Below, one piece after another: positions 1-12,492 of a DNA stretch of 64,000 nucleotides. The DNA is from Cirrosporium novae-zelandiae (taxonomy: Eukaryota), in contig JAPETS010000013.1 of NCBI GenBank assembly GCA_026023565.1, positions 248,001-312,000 on the forward strand. Direction: 5' to 3'. Numbering within the stretch: position 1 is the stretch's first letter; every line of letters starts with the position of its first letter. The position numbers were made by a program, and so were the translations under genes. The notes beneath the pieces are model-generated. The model was not told where the DNA came from, made no database searches, and saw only the letters and a program-made list of their open reading frames with translations.

Positions 1-1890
1 GAAGGTTTGTTCTCCAGTCATCTGAGCGAATTTCTGTTGAAAAGTTAGCTATCAGTTCAAAGTAGAGGGGAAACGGTGCTCACATTTTCAGGAGTAAAAA
101 TGTTCACTGGAACATCATCATCAATCTTCCACTCATCGACGACCTTTCCGTACTCTAGATCCATCCTATATAGTGAATTTAGGTTATCTGGGTTTTGTAG
201 GATCAAGTTTGTATCTTCCGCATGTAGCATGACCTTTTTGGGTTGGAACAGCTTTCCCTTGGGAGTTTCGACTTTGGAGATATTAGTCGTAAATTCGAGG
301 TGGTTACTTGGCGTATGTTTAAAGACGCCAATCTTAGATCCTCGGACGACAAAAGACCTGTCGTGCTTGTAACCAACAGCCAACTGGGAATTGACATTTC
401 CATCCTGAGGGCGAGTCTCGACATCGTCCTCTGACTCATCTGAATCGTAATGTTCGCTCCGAGGCCGATCATCATCTTCTTCGATATCTTCTTCTTCGAT
501 ATCTTCCTCTTCTTGCTCTCTTTCCCGTGCTTCTGAATCCTCCATCGTGAGGTCTTGGAATGCTTCGAGCACATAGTCACGTTCATCATCCTTCGTTTTC
601 ATCCATTTTATCTGATTCAGGTTCTCCCAAAGAGCTTGCATAAGGCCTTCTTGGAAATTTTCTTCTGTTTCTTGGTCCTTAAACCGCAGAAGCCAAGAAT
701 ATGCTGAGCCATCTTCAGTGTAGTGGTTGAAAATGAAGGATAAAAACTCAAAGTTGAATACAGGGTTTATATCAGGCACAACAGGCTGCCCCAGCCATTC
801 CCGATCATTTCCACTTATCTGTAGCCAATAGTTCCAATCACCAACTTCAAAAACAGTAGCAGTGACTTCCGGGTCCTGCTGCACGAATGTCCCGCTGGGA
901 AAATCAAATAGATGAAGCTCTGCTTTCTCCTTCGCAAGCACTTCTAGACATTTGGGTATCGCAGCTGATGGAGGCGCAACAGTTGGTGTCTCATCTACTT
1001 CCTCCACCTCGACTTCTTCCACCTTCTTAGCCAGAGCCTTGCCCTTTCTAAAGAATTTCGGTGTCATTGTTTTGGGCTCTTCGGCTTGTATGGCGTCTAA
1101 ATCTAATGCGGCTAGTTGATCTAACCTTGTAGCCGACAACGGTGATCTTGCTGGCGATTTTATGGTGGGGCTGGCGATAGGGCTCGCAGTAGGAATTGGC
1201 TCTTCTTCCTCAAAAGAAAATTCCTTTAATTGGTCTTCGGTCGCCTTATCGTGACTTCGCCGATACTTGCGTTCAAATTGACACTGGACGGCAGCAATCT
1301 CAAAAGTCGAAACTTGACTCGGTGGAACTGAAGGGTCGCACACGAATTCGTAAAGGTCGCCTTCGTCGCCGCTGAGGTCTCTCCACGCAAGAACTTTTTC
1401 TTCTCCTTCTCTAATCTCAGCTCGAAAATGTAGAGTCTCGTCAAATAAAAAAGTCTTTTCGTCCTTTTCACCCCCTAACCTGGTTGTAGTGCCGCTCTCG
1501 TCGTCGTCGTCAGCAAGTAGCTCCTCCTCACCTTCTTCGTAGGCTCGTTGTATTACTAGCTGGTACTGGAAATCTTGTCCTGTCCGCCGAATACTGGCGG
1601 CGGCGTCTTTGAAGATAAGCTCCGAGTAGCCCTTGGGGGAGAGTGGGCGGACAAGGTAAAGCTGGCCTTGTTGTATTTCGACAATGGATTCTTTCGAAGG
1701 GTCGCCAAAGATATACTTGGTCACTGAGATAAAAATAGAGTTTGGCATTAGCAGATGAACCAGACCAAAAAATGAACAAAATCCAAATTCCTAAGTTGGT
1801 GCGACCATTGGGTGTTTGTAGGATGTGGGAGGTGATAGGAGCCGACAAGGGAATTGGAGGGGTAGATTTACCGTTCCTGAGCATAAACAT
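1..1890 (-). CDS. VID27: Vacuolar import and degradation protein Vid27 (3' end runs off the window)
   Basis: Exon 1 1890-1872 (MFMLRN), GT-AG intron, exon 2 1723-84 (KYIFGD...GQLYLVRPLSPKGYSELIFKDA; NSQLAVGYKHDRSFVVRGSKIGVFK), intron 83-34, then KFAQMTGEQTF continuing past base 1. Confidence 0.92.
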
Positions 1891-2788
1891 GTTGGATGTT
1901 TATTCTGTGGATGTAGCGACTTGCAAGACTGGATGGAATTAAAGCTTTAACAAGAAGCTACCATCCAGATGATTTTAAAGGATCATGGCATAGAAAAATC
2001 CAGGAAAGAAATCAAGATACTCAAAGAATTTGATGGGTTCAAATTGTCAAATAGGTTCGAGTCAGGCAGTCGCGGGGAAATTTGTGTTGACGTCTTTGGT
2101 GTGTTTGTTATGTTTGATGTGGCTAATGTGGTTAATGTGGCTGAAGATGTCCAACCCTGAGAATGCCGAATGCCTACAAAAGTAATAGCGTCCAGATAGT
2201 TGACGTCTATGCCACAACCCACTTCAAAACCCTAGATAACCCAGATAAACAAAAATATTAATTACTCTAAATTTCCCCAAAAACCTTCTCGGCTTACAGT
2301 AATCCCCATGCTTCATTCATAGCAACATCTAGAGTACTACCTAGTTTTCATCTATGTGACATATCTTGTCCCATATTATTGGACAAAAGGAAAACAAAAA
2401 AAAATAAAAAAACAAAACAAAAATAAAACTAAAGTAAAAGTAAAAAACCAACTCCCAATCCCATAATCACATCATCCTATCATAAAGGAATGTATCCTAG
2501 GATGCACAATGCTTATGCCCGTGACTATGTAAAGTAGCAACAAAGAGGAATGTTTCACGGCCGGACAAGCCCACCCGCAGTTATCGTTTGGCTTGCGCCA
2601 CCCATAGAGTAATATTGATAGAGCAGGTCAGACTTTTTTTGTTTTCTCTCCCCCCTGAATTATGCAATAGATCATTTGAGAAGACAAAGGGGACACGTAA
2701 ATGGCCATCATTCAAACAACTCCGATCCTCATACTCCAAGTATGCTGGTTTTTTTCCTTTTTTGAATTTCGTAGGCTAACCCACTGTT

Positions 2789-4849
2789 TCATTGAAGCAG
2801 TCCGAATCGAGCCTCCGATGCCTTCAACTCCTTCGGCCCGTGGTTACCAGATGAACTACGAGAACCGCCAATTGGTCCAAAATCTGGCGATTTTACCCCA
2901 GTGGCCCATTTTGCCTTTGCACCTTCCTCCTGGTCCATCGAGAATAACATGTCACTTTGCTCTTCATCTTGTCTACCACCAGTAATACTCGAGGATGATA
3001 TTGTCCGATCAAGACGGCTACTAGCATTGGAAGGATGCCTGTTTACGCCAGGACGAGCTCCGTTGCTATTCTCAGAAGATTCGGATCTCCCACCTAGACG
3101 CGCTTGATGCAACTGCTGGGAGAGCATGGACTGCGCCGATTGACGTGGAGATTTTGAGAAATGCAGAGAGGATGCATCATCTGAGGTAGACCTAGCGGTA
3201 CTCGTCATCGCTGGGATCAAGCCAAAATTCAAAGACGAGTTACGAAGAGGCGATCCTATGTGGCCAAAAGGCGAAGGTGTATTGGTATTTTCCTCCTGCC
3301 TCTTTTGTTGTTGACGGGCGAAAAGAGGTGCAAACCTCGAAGGACTTGAGGAGATTGGTGAGCCAACTTTACCAAAAGACCCAACTGGAGACCCATAACC
3401 ACTCACGTCATCCCTACCAACATCTTGACCATTTCTTGAAAATCTTCTCATCCTCTCCTGGGGGGTTAATACTTCATCATGCAAGTCAGAGGGAACCAAG
3501 TCTTCCTCGAGCGGCGAATTCCTCCCGTTGTGTTCATCGTCCGAAAGAGCAAAACGACTAAGACTAGAGCGAGGAACACTTGACGATATATGGTCAAGCC
3601 TCTGGAAACGCTTTGCATGAAATACTTTCTGTGCTAACGCGTCATCCGCTTCGGTGAATGGCGATGATCCTAGAGCTGATCTGTTCTTAGACTCGACGCC
3701 AAACGCAGACTCATGAAGGTTCTTAATGGCATCCGATCCAAAGGGTGATTTTTGCGACACTGAGGATGGGAACATTCCAAATTTCGATGGCATTGACTGC
3801 GCAATAGGTCCTTCCCTCCAGATTCGCGATACACCGTGACTATCAAAGGAGGCTGGAAATGGAGCATCTTGCGCGATCGTAAGGGGCCCCCTAGGGGATT
3901 TGGGGAATAGATTATCCTCGGTCGGTGAGCCATACATTGAACCTAACTTTGGGGAGCTTATGTCGTTATCGGCCTGGAATGGATCCAGGTATGCGCCATT
4001 ATAGTTTCCGAGCGGGGAGAATTGATCGTCTGAGGGCATAGGGAACGAAGAATAAGGCCCAGTCGGCGTAACAGTTCCATTGGCCTGCTGCGTAAGAAGC
4101 GACGTGGTTGGAAGCTGCTCTTGCAAGAACGGATGGCGTCCTCCTGGACCATTATTTCCAGGCCCTCTTGTGGGAACCCTTCGTCCATCTGGAAGAAAGT
4201 GGGCATTTGCGCAGTTGACTCCATATTTGCATGTTCCCTATAACTACAATCAACCAAGGTATCCTGTAGATGAAATCGGAACGTACCTTGTTGAAGTATT
4301 TGCATGGTTGGTTCGCAAGATCTGCATCTGTCTCGTGGCTAAAAGGACAGGCCTTTCCAGCTTGACAATTTCCTTGCTTGAAGAACCTGCAAGGCACGTG
4401 ACTTAGATCTGCGATAACCAGCCTTTAGTGATTGCTCTAGTTGTCTCTCTGAGGGAAATCTCACTTTTATTGGGGGGACTGCGATGTTCGAAAGGCGCCG
4501 GCATCCCTATACCAGGTCGAAAGTGCCCATGACCATTGAGTCCACGATCGAGATGGGCAGCGGATGGTATGCTGCGAGGCCTTGATCTACCAGATTTGCC
4601 AAAAGCCATGGAAGGTGGTATGTTATTCTGTGAATGACCGTTCTGGTTCGCACGCAGAGAACTCATCTGAGCAGCGGGAATATTTGTATTTGATTGGTTC
4701 ACGTGGGGCGGTCGAGCGTGGGGATATCCTTGCGGAGCTTGGTCGAGGGAGAGATTTGAGAGATCGGGGGGATCGTAGGTAGGAATATGTTCGAGCGGGC
4801 TCTGGGGTTGATTCGAAAGCATCGAAGGAAGATGATCGAGTTGTTCCAT
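2789..4849 (-). CDS. Tandem CCCH zinc-finger protein, Lee1/Scp3(Cps3)-like
   Basis: Spliced CRFFKQGNCQAGKACPFSH and CKYFNK|GTCKYGVNCANAH fingers (introns ~4464-4409 and ~4285-4239), followed by a long Ser-rich region containing EEDLVPSDL. Confidence 0.8.
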
Positions 4850-5461
4850 TTGAATTTCGGAAGGAAAGGATCTATCTGATATCTATTGTAAGATATTTTG
4901 GGGGACGGATTTCAGTTCCATTCACGTCATGTGGTCGAGGCAGCGCAAATTCACCGCGTTTGATTTCAAGGCCAGTACGGAAACAGTGAATTTGTGAACT
5001 TTGTTTCCCAGCAGATGAAGCAGATGATTGTAATAAGTCGATGAGATTTGAAGAAGGAATAAAGAAGGTAGTGACAGCGCAAGTTAAAGATTTAAGAGGT
5101 ACAGACGACTGGACAAGATATGAGTATGTATGTGGACGTATGTATGTAGGTAGGTATGTATGTATGGGGGGGTGGGTATGGATGGTAGGTGGATGGTGGG
5201 TGGATGGTGGGTTGGTTAAGGGTGGTATGGTGGTATGGGGGGGGGGGGGGGACCGGGGGTTGCTGAGGGTAGGTGCGGGAGGTCCTTTCTTTTTTTTTTT
5301 TTCTTTGGAGAACCAGTTGGCGATAAAAAAAAGTGTGGATGCGGGTCCTTACTGGTAAGTTTAGGTGAGTTGAGCTACTGATTTGGGATGGAGAGTTTTC
5401 TGTCCCAGGGCCATTGACCCATTGATTACTTGGATTACTTGAAGTTGTCGAAGCGATAGGC

Positions 5462-5550
5462 AACCAGAGCCAGAGAGCCAGAGAGCCAGAGAGCCTGAGG
5501 CAAAGGGTAGAAGCAAAGGAAAGGCAAAGGCAAAGGCCAAAGGCCAAAGG
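5462..5550. repeat. Short tandem repeats (GCCAGAGA- and GCAAAG/GGCCAAA-like units)
   Basis: Visible directly in the divergent promoter between the CCCH and AspRS genes. Confidence 0.7.
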
Positions 5551-5664
5551 GCAGAGGCCAGGAGGGCTAACAAGGATAGCGGGATTAAGGACTTAAGGTG
5601 GGGTGGGGTGATGCCGAAAATCATCTTAAAATCCCATGTCACACTAAATAAATAATAATTAATT

Positions 5665-5701
5665 ACTCACTCACTCACTCACTCACTCACTCACTCACTC
5701 A
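5665..5701. repeat. (ACTC)n microsatellite
   Basis: About 9 tandem ACTC units upstream of the AspRS ATG. Confidence 0.9.
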
Positions 5702-5816
5702 ATTCTCATATCAAACAAACCTCTTCCCCTCATCTATTCATCTTTTCTCTATTGACCCTTCTCCTTCCATTCTCTCTTCTCCTTCATTAAGGAAAAATCA
5801 AAAAAAAAAAAAAAAC

Positions 5817-7502
5817 ATGGCTTCTACCGACGAGACCAAGGTTCTCGCTGAGAGGCCCGCCCCCGCTGCCACCCCCGCCGCCCCAAGTAAAGGCGCCCTG
5901 AAAAAAGCCGCAAAAGAGAAGGAAAAGGCAGAAAAGGCAGCGAAAAGAAAAGCTGAAGAAGAGGCAGCTAGAGCAAAGGCCGAAGCCAATGACACGGCAA
6001 AAGGCCTTTATGGAACTCTACCGTCTACTACAAGCCCGGAATCAACACCTAAGATAGTCTGGTTGGATGACTTATCCGAGGCCTCTATCGATAACGAAAT
6101 CACAATCCAAGCCCGCATCCACAATTCCCGAATCCAGAGCGCCAAACTAGCCTTCTTTAATCTACGCGACCATGTCAAGATTATACAAGCCGTGCTGGCT
6201 GAAAGCGATGGATCTCCAATCTCCAGACTCATGATAAAATGGGCTGGAGCTCTGAGTGCCGAGTCAACGGTCCGAGTAACGGCTTTGGTCCAGAAGCCAC
6301 GAGAGCCCGTTGCATCAGCATCACCTTCTTTGCAGAATTTAGAGTTGCATATCCAGAAAATCTATTTGGTCGCAGATTCTGAGCCCATGTTGCCGATGCA
6401 AATTAAAGATGCAAGCCGAGCTGCTGCCGAGGGAAATGATGCACAAGAAGGTCAGACCGATGCAAGTGGTGCACCCGTTGTTACCCTTAATACGCTCCTG
6501 AACAACAGGACGCTCTCCCTTCGAGCTCCCGTAAACCTAGCCATCATGGAGATTAGTTCAGGTGTGGTACAACTCTTTTCCGAATACATGTACAAGAACC
6601 GTTTCCGCCAAGTTCAATCCCCTAAGCTTATCGGAACCGCTTCGGAAGGCGGTAGCGGAGTCTTTGAGGTCAAATACTTCAACACCAAGGCCTTTCTAGC
6701 TCAAAGTCCGCAACTATATAAACAGATGTACATCTCCGGTGGCCTCAAACGTGTATTCGAAGTTGGTCCCGTATTCAGAGCTGAAAACAGCAACACCCAT
6801 CGCCACATGACGGAATTCACAGGTCTCGATTTCGAAATGGAATTCTACGATCACTACCACGAAGTCCTTGGCTTCGCCGAGGAACTCATCGTCCACATCC
6901 TCCAAGGCCTCAAGGAACGCTACAAGGACGAAATCTTCCTAGTCCAACAACTCTATCCAGAGGCCGGAAACTTCCTCATCCCCGACCACGGCAAAGCCCT
7001 CCGTCTCAAATACTTCGAAGGCATCGAGCTCCTCAAGGAAGCCGGCGTCGACGTCTCAGAACAACTTGCCATGACAACCGACCTCTCCACGGCACAAGAA
7101 AAACAACTCGGAAAGATCATCCACGAAAAATACCACACAGATTTCTACGTCCTTGACAAATTCCCCCTCCAGAACATCCGCCCCTTCTACACGATGCCAG
7201 ACCCCGAAGACCCCAAGCTCTCCAACTCGTACGACTTCTTCATGCGCGGCGAGGAAATCATGAGCGGCGCCCAGCGTATCCACGACCCAAAACTGCTGAT
7301 TGAGCGCATGAAGGCGCAGGATCCCCCCCTGGATCCCAACGACCCAGGATTCAAAGACTACGTCAACGCGTTCAGATACGGATGTTCTCCGCACGCCGGC
7401 GGCGGGTTGGGTCTAAACCGCATCGTGCAGTTCTTCTTGGGATTACCTAATATTAGATTAGCTACGGGATTCCCTCGCGACCCTACTAGATTAGCTCCAT
7501 AG
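5817..7502 (+). CDS. Cytosolic-type aspartyl-tRNA synthetase (intronless; possibly a divergent paralog)
   Basis: Lys-rich N-terminal helix, OB-fold, AQSPQLYKQM, motif 2 FRAENSNTHRHMTEF, GEEIMSGAQRIHD, motif 3 PHAGGGLGLNRI, C-terminal FPRDPTRLAP. Confidence 0.92.
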   Translation: MASTDETKVLAERPAPAATPAAPSKGALKKAAKEKEKAEKAAKRKAEEEAARAKAEANDTAKGLYGTLPSTTSPESTPKIVWLDDLSEASIDNEITIQARIHNSRIQSAKLAFFNLRDHVKIIQAVLAESDGSPISRLMIKWAGALSAESTVRVTALVQKPREPVASASPSLQNLELHIQKIYLVADSEPMLPMQIKDASRAAAEGNDAQEGQTDASGAPVVTLNTLLNNRTLSLRAPVNLAIMEISSGVVQLFSEYMYKNRFRQVQSPKLIGTASEGGSGVFEVKYFNTKAFLAQSPQLYKQMYISGGLKRVFEVGPVFRAENSNTHRHMTEFTGLDFEMEFYDHYHEVLGFAEELIVHILQGLKERYKDEIFLVQQLYPEAGNFLIPDHGKALRLKYFEGIELLKEAGVDVSEQLAMTTDLSTAQEKQLGKIIHEKYHTDFYVLDKFPLQNIRPFYTMPDPEDPKLSNSYDFFMRGEEIMSGAQRIHDPKLLIERMKAQDPPLDPNDPGFKDYVNAFRYGCSPHAGGGLGLNRIVQFFLGLPNIRLATGFPRDPTRLAP

Positions 7503-8091
7503 GTTTGGCAAATATAGAAAAGAAGAAATCGGGGAAGTGGTGGCAGAAGAAGGAGAAGAAGTAGAAGAAGAGGAATAAGAACCTCCCTCACCTCAGAAGG
7601 AAGGAAGGGGATGGAAAGAAGGGGAAATCAACCGAGAGAGAGAGAGAGAGAGAATTCATGTCATGTCCATGTCACATTAACGATAAAACGATAAAAACAT
7701 CATTTTTTTTCCTATCCCTTCAAACACTTCCCCAAAAAGAAAGATTATGAGTTGAAAAATATGCTTTGAGTGGATAAATAGCTCAGAGCACAAATGAATG
7801 AATGAATGAATGCTTGAGAATAAGGGAATGGAAGCGTAAATAAAAAATTAAATGGATTTCCCCCATACGTAGCCCTAACTTCTTGACTTCTCATGTAATT
7901 CCATCCTCCTCCCCCCTCCCTCCCCATCCCTTAAAATAAGCCCAGTCTATGCATACTATGCAACAGATCCCAACCTCTCGGATAGAAAATAGCTCGATAA
8001 AGTCCACCATTTTCCATTTTATATTTTTAATTTTTTTTTTCATATTTTTGACCTCCGTGTCAGCCCCGTCGGAGGTCAGAGGTCAGAAGGG

Positions 8092-9316
8092 TCAGAGGGT
8101 CCCTTCCAACCCGAGTTCCTCCTATACATTTCGTTAGATTTTTTTATATATAGTTCGTAAAAAAAACTCTCATAAAAGAAAAAGAAAAGAAAAGAAAAGG
8201 AATGGAAGACAAAATTGATCAACCAACTTACCCAAAACTCATCCTTTGTAGTAGTCCCCTCAGGTAAATTATCCCCCACAATCCCCCACATCTCCTTACA
8301 AATCCTCCTCCTAACTTCAGAAACCCTCTTCCACTTCTTCCACTCCCTTTCACTCTCCCCAATTTGCTCTGCCGTAGCCACCGGCTTCGAATCCCCCTCC
8401 CCCATCCTCAACACCCCCAACCGTTCCAACAGCCCCTCCCTCTCCCCCTCCATCGCCCTAACATTCCCCCTCAGCTCTGATACCGAGACCGTCGAATTCA
8501 GTTGCAGAAACGTAGCTTTGAGGGACTTTTCTTGGGATTTAAGGGAGGTTAGTTTTTCTCGGAGGGTAGAGATTTCGGTGTCCATGGACTCGAGGTCTTT
8601 GACGGTGATGATGGTTGTTGCGGGATCGGTTGTTGTTTGTTGGAGGGCATGGTAGACTAGTTGTTTGCCTTGAGGTCAAGTGAGTGAGCTCGAGGCTTAA
8701 GGAAAAGAGGTCGAAAGGGGGTGAGGTGAGTTCAAGGATGATTTTCGTGGTGGTAGTGGGTACGATTCGAATTGGAACGGACTACGAACCTGAAGCCTTG
8801 CCGGCGATTTCCTTACGTTCGTGAAGCTCCTTGAGAGTTTTGGCGGCATACGCTTGGGACAGCCAGTTAGTGGATTTGATTGTTCTCTCTTGCTGTTGAT
8901 GGGTGTGGAGCTTACTTTTGGTAACTCTGTTGTGCAGATTTGTGGAAATGTCGATTGCCTATGATAAAGTGAGGCACATACATTAGGTCTCTATATCTGA
9001 AGACGATTTGAGGCCAATTACCGAATACGGGCGACTATAGGTAGATAGCCAGCTTTATTAGTAGGGTTTGACGGTATTGAAGTTGATCCATTGATGTTGG
9101 GGGGGGGGGGGGGGCTACTTCTGTTTACCTGCAAGACTCAAGGTTAGCTGATCAAATATAGACAAGAGTTTAAGCAGTGACACTTACGAAGATAATCTAA
9201 TATCAATGCATTGCCTGCGTATTATTTCTGATCAGCAGCTCACTGGTTGTGGATGAATTTGCGTACAAACCTTGGTCCGCAGAGACCTTCTCAGTCTTCT
9301 CCTTCCGCGGAGCCAT
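8092..9316 (-). CDS. HOP2: Meiotic recombination protein Hop2/TBPIP
   Basis: Multi-exon: MAPRKEKTEKVSADQ|GNALILDYL|RKQN|RPYS|AIDISTNLHNRVTK..., GKQLVYHALQ, coiled coil, final exon EELGLEGTL*. Includes exons of about 10 and 13 nt. Confidence 0.85.
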
Positions 9317-9931
9317 TTAAAGACGAGAATATACCGTCTAATTCTTGCAGAGTTGAAATTAGCTAAACCAGATCCCGTTATTCAAATACGGAGAAGCTAA
9401 GTTGAGAAATAACGAGATTGTGGGCTGTGAAGAGAGGTTTCTGGTAGTTGATAAATGAAACACATTATCTGAGGTCCTCAAGACTCTCAAGTCCTATGAA
9501 ATAATCGAAATCTAAAATTGGGACCTTCAGCTATTAAAGCACAAATGGAATTTTATTCTGTTCTTCCTTCATTTCCAATATTCTCCCAAGGGTATGTATA
9601 TGACTACAACAATATTATGCTCAAACAAAAGGAGATAAGGTCTGTTTATAACGCCGCTCGTCTGCCTATTGACTTGAGGATATCCAGCTTTCACTGAGTC
9701 ACATATCGTCTAACCCCCAACAGCAGGACTCCATTGCACGAAATAAACAGAATAGAAACAGTAAAAATTAAAAAAAGTGGCTATGCTTGTAAAAGCTCAT
9801 GTTTAATGATCCCGGTAGGAAGTTAGGTGCAACAGGGTCAATGAGAGGAACCTCGTCAACATGATGAGGGCCATGGGAATGAAAGAAATATTCAACTTTT
9901 AAGATAGGGTATCAGAAAAATTCGATGGGAT

Positions 9932-12492
9932 TTACATAAGTATCTAGAAAACAGTTAGCTAGATGTTCACAGTACTTGAAATATCCAACTTACGCAGTCC
10001 CCGTCATTTTTCTGTGCCTGAACTCCCATCTCCGAGAAAGTCTTTGGCCCTTTGCTAGGTGTGCCTTGTTGAATTGTCACGGTGGAACCAGAACTTTGAG
10101 TTTTTGGTGGTGGGCGTTGCGCTGGTGGAGGTGTTGGGGTTGGTTTACTAGGGGTCGGTAGAGTATGCTGCCGTGAAGGAACTGGCCGATTATTTGCTGC
10201 TGATGATTGGGAACCTGCTACTGATTGAGAACCTGCTAGTTGGTTAGTATTACTTTGAGGATGAGGTGGTAGCCCCTGGGTTCGTGAGGATATACGATTT
10301 GGAGGATGGCCCTGGGCGGTAGCTGGCCGGTTATGAGGGTTGGGACGACGTGCTTCTATCGGCGCGGAAAACCCAATATCAACACGCGGCCCCTGTCCGG
10401 GTGGCATATTGTTTGGAGGTGGTCCTGGTCGAGGGTTTGGTGGAAGACCGGGTGTGGGCTTTCTATAACCCTGAGGCCCCCCTGAAGGCATGCGACCAGG
10501 AGGAGCACCAGGCCGTCCCGGGGGAGGTCGGGCACCTGGGGCACCTGGGGCCATGGCTGAGTTGGGCCGAGGGGGTCCTGTGGGTGGACGTACGTTCGGG
10601 TTGAATCCGAACGCAGTTCTAGGACGTGGATCTTGTTGAAAGCCGGAACCATCACCATGTATTGGATATGGTGCCGCAGAAGCGGAACGAGGCGGTGGAT
10701 CATTCAGGGTCATACGTGATGGGTCGGGTATCTCGATTGGTTCAGAATCCGTAATAGGAGGCAGTGAAGGGACGGGTGGACCTTCATGCCTGAAGCGAGC
10801 CGGCCGTTGGCCTCTTTGACTCCCATGTGTTGACTTGATTCTCGCAACGGCAACTTGTTCATGATCTTGCCGTGACAAGGTTTTATGACGAGATATTCCC
10901 TCCAATCTACCAACAGCATCCATATTACCATGATCAGCAGCCTTAGAATACCATAGGTTCGCCTCATCGATGTTCACTTGAACATGGATACCAACTTCAT
11001 GGAAATATCCCATAGCGAACTCGGCGCTATGTAGCTCTTGTAGTGCAGCTCGATGAGCATAAAGGAACGCAAGTTCATCGTTCTTCTCGAAGATACCTTC
11101 AGCTCCGCAGAGGAACCATTTGCTGACGGCCATTTCAGCAGCCGGATCACCCTGTCTTGCTGCCAGAGCGTTGTAGTGCAAAGAGAACGCGGGATTGAAA
11201 TCACAACCAAGCTGGCAAAGCTCATAGGCAGAACCCATCTTCACTTGAGCTTTGGCAAATCCTAAAAATGCTGCCTTTTCAATGTATTGGCGGGCTTCGT
11301 TAATATCAAAAGAAAGATAACCTTCAGGAACTCTGATTTCGTCTAGCTCCTGTGCTAGAAGCATTCCATATATCTAAAAGTATTAGACCATGGTCATCAC
11401 CCCAACAGGTATTACTCACATAAGCACCTTGAGGAGCGTTGCTGTCAGCTCCTTCTGCCGCATAATGAATGAGCTCGACGCCGCGCGCATAATCTATTGG
11501 TTGATTACATTGTCCAAGCAAGGACATCATGCCCAACCGCTGCAGCTAATTAACAGCCATTTTTTGAATAAAGTATTTGCCATTACTCACGTAGTTTGAG
11601 GCCGAGTCATGAAGACTTGCGCCAATTTCGTAATATCTGAAAGCACTGGCAGGATCATTTCCATTTTCAAACTGCATCCCAATGCGATAGTTGGCTCGAG
11701 CATAGCCTTTGTCGGCCGCACGTTTATAGCATCGAAAGGCTTCCTTCTTATCTACTCGAAAGCCAAATCGGCCAAATTCCAACCACGTTCCTTTAAGGAA
11801 CAACCCCCGCGGATGTTCCTGATCTGCTAAGAATGTCGTAATTTCAATCGCATCCACGCGCAGCTGGTGCTCAGCCTGAGGCGTGTGGGATCGAGGGCCC
11901 TGGATCTCTGCAAGTCGAGATTCATGTTGCAAAGCTACGTCGCAATAGTTGAGTGTATCTTCCGCCCAGCTAAGTTGCATTTCAGGGTCGTTTGAGTGGA
12001 TTACTCCAACCCTAGCTTGCTCCAGAGTTGCTTCTTTCTCTTCATCGGAGGGTGGAATGTTATTTGGGCGGTTATGCAGCTGGGGAAACGGTGAAAAATT
12101 GGGTTGATGATGTTGTTCATAATTTGGATAATTTCCGGCTTCTGTATATTGTGGCTGGTTTCCATATTGATGATCGAAACCACCGTGCTGCGGAGGTGGG
12201 GAAGATACGTAACCAGGATACCCCGAAGCATTATTTTCCATATGAGCGATATTATCTTGCATCTGTTCGGGGACCTCGGGCATGATCCTATTTTCATGTT
12301 CTTAGCTAGTATTCTTTTGTATAAGGGTGCTTTATCCGAAGTCTCTTTGTCGGCTCAACGTCATTGTCGAACTACTTACCTCTGGGGAGCTGGAGATATC
12401 ACTTCAGGCATATAGAAATCGTCCGTCCCGCCTGGATAGAAGGTGGCAGCAAGATGGGGTTGCTGTGGCCCCGGACCGTAATTATAACTCAT
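9932..12492 (-). CDS. Chitin synthase activator (Chs4/Skt5-like, SEL1-repeat protein with C-terminal CaaX)
   Basis: Exon 1 MSYNYGPG...DDFYMPEVISPAPQR, SEL1-like repeats (EAFRCYKRAADKGYARANYRIG; AEFAMGYFHEVG), Pro/Gly-rich tail, GPKTFSEMG, spliced end DGDC|ILM*. Confidence 0.88.

Noticed and set aside
5041..5642. Overlapping Gly- or Pro-rich ORFs
   Set aside because: Low-complexity promoter DNA between divergent genes.
5817..7502. ErdS (AspRS-DUF2156 fusion)
   Set aside because: The ORF stops at the normal AspRS C-terminus with no appended domain.
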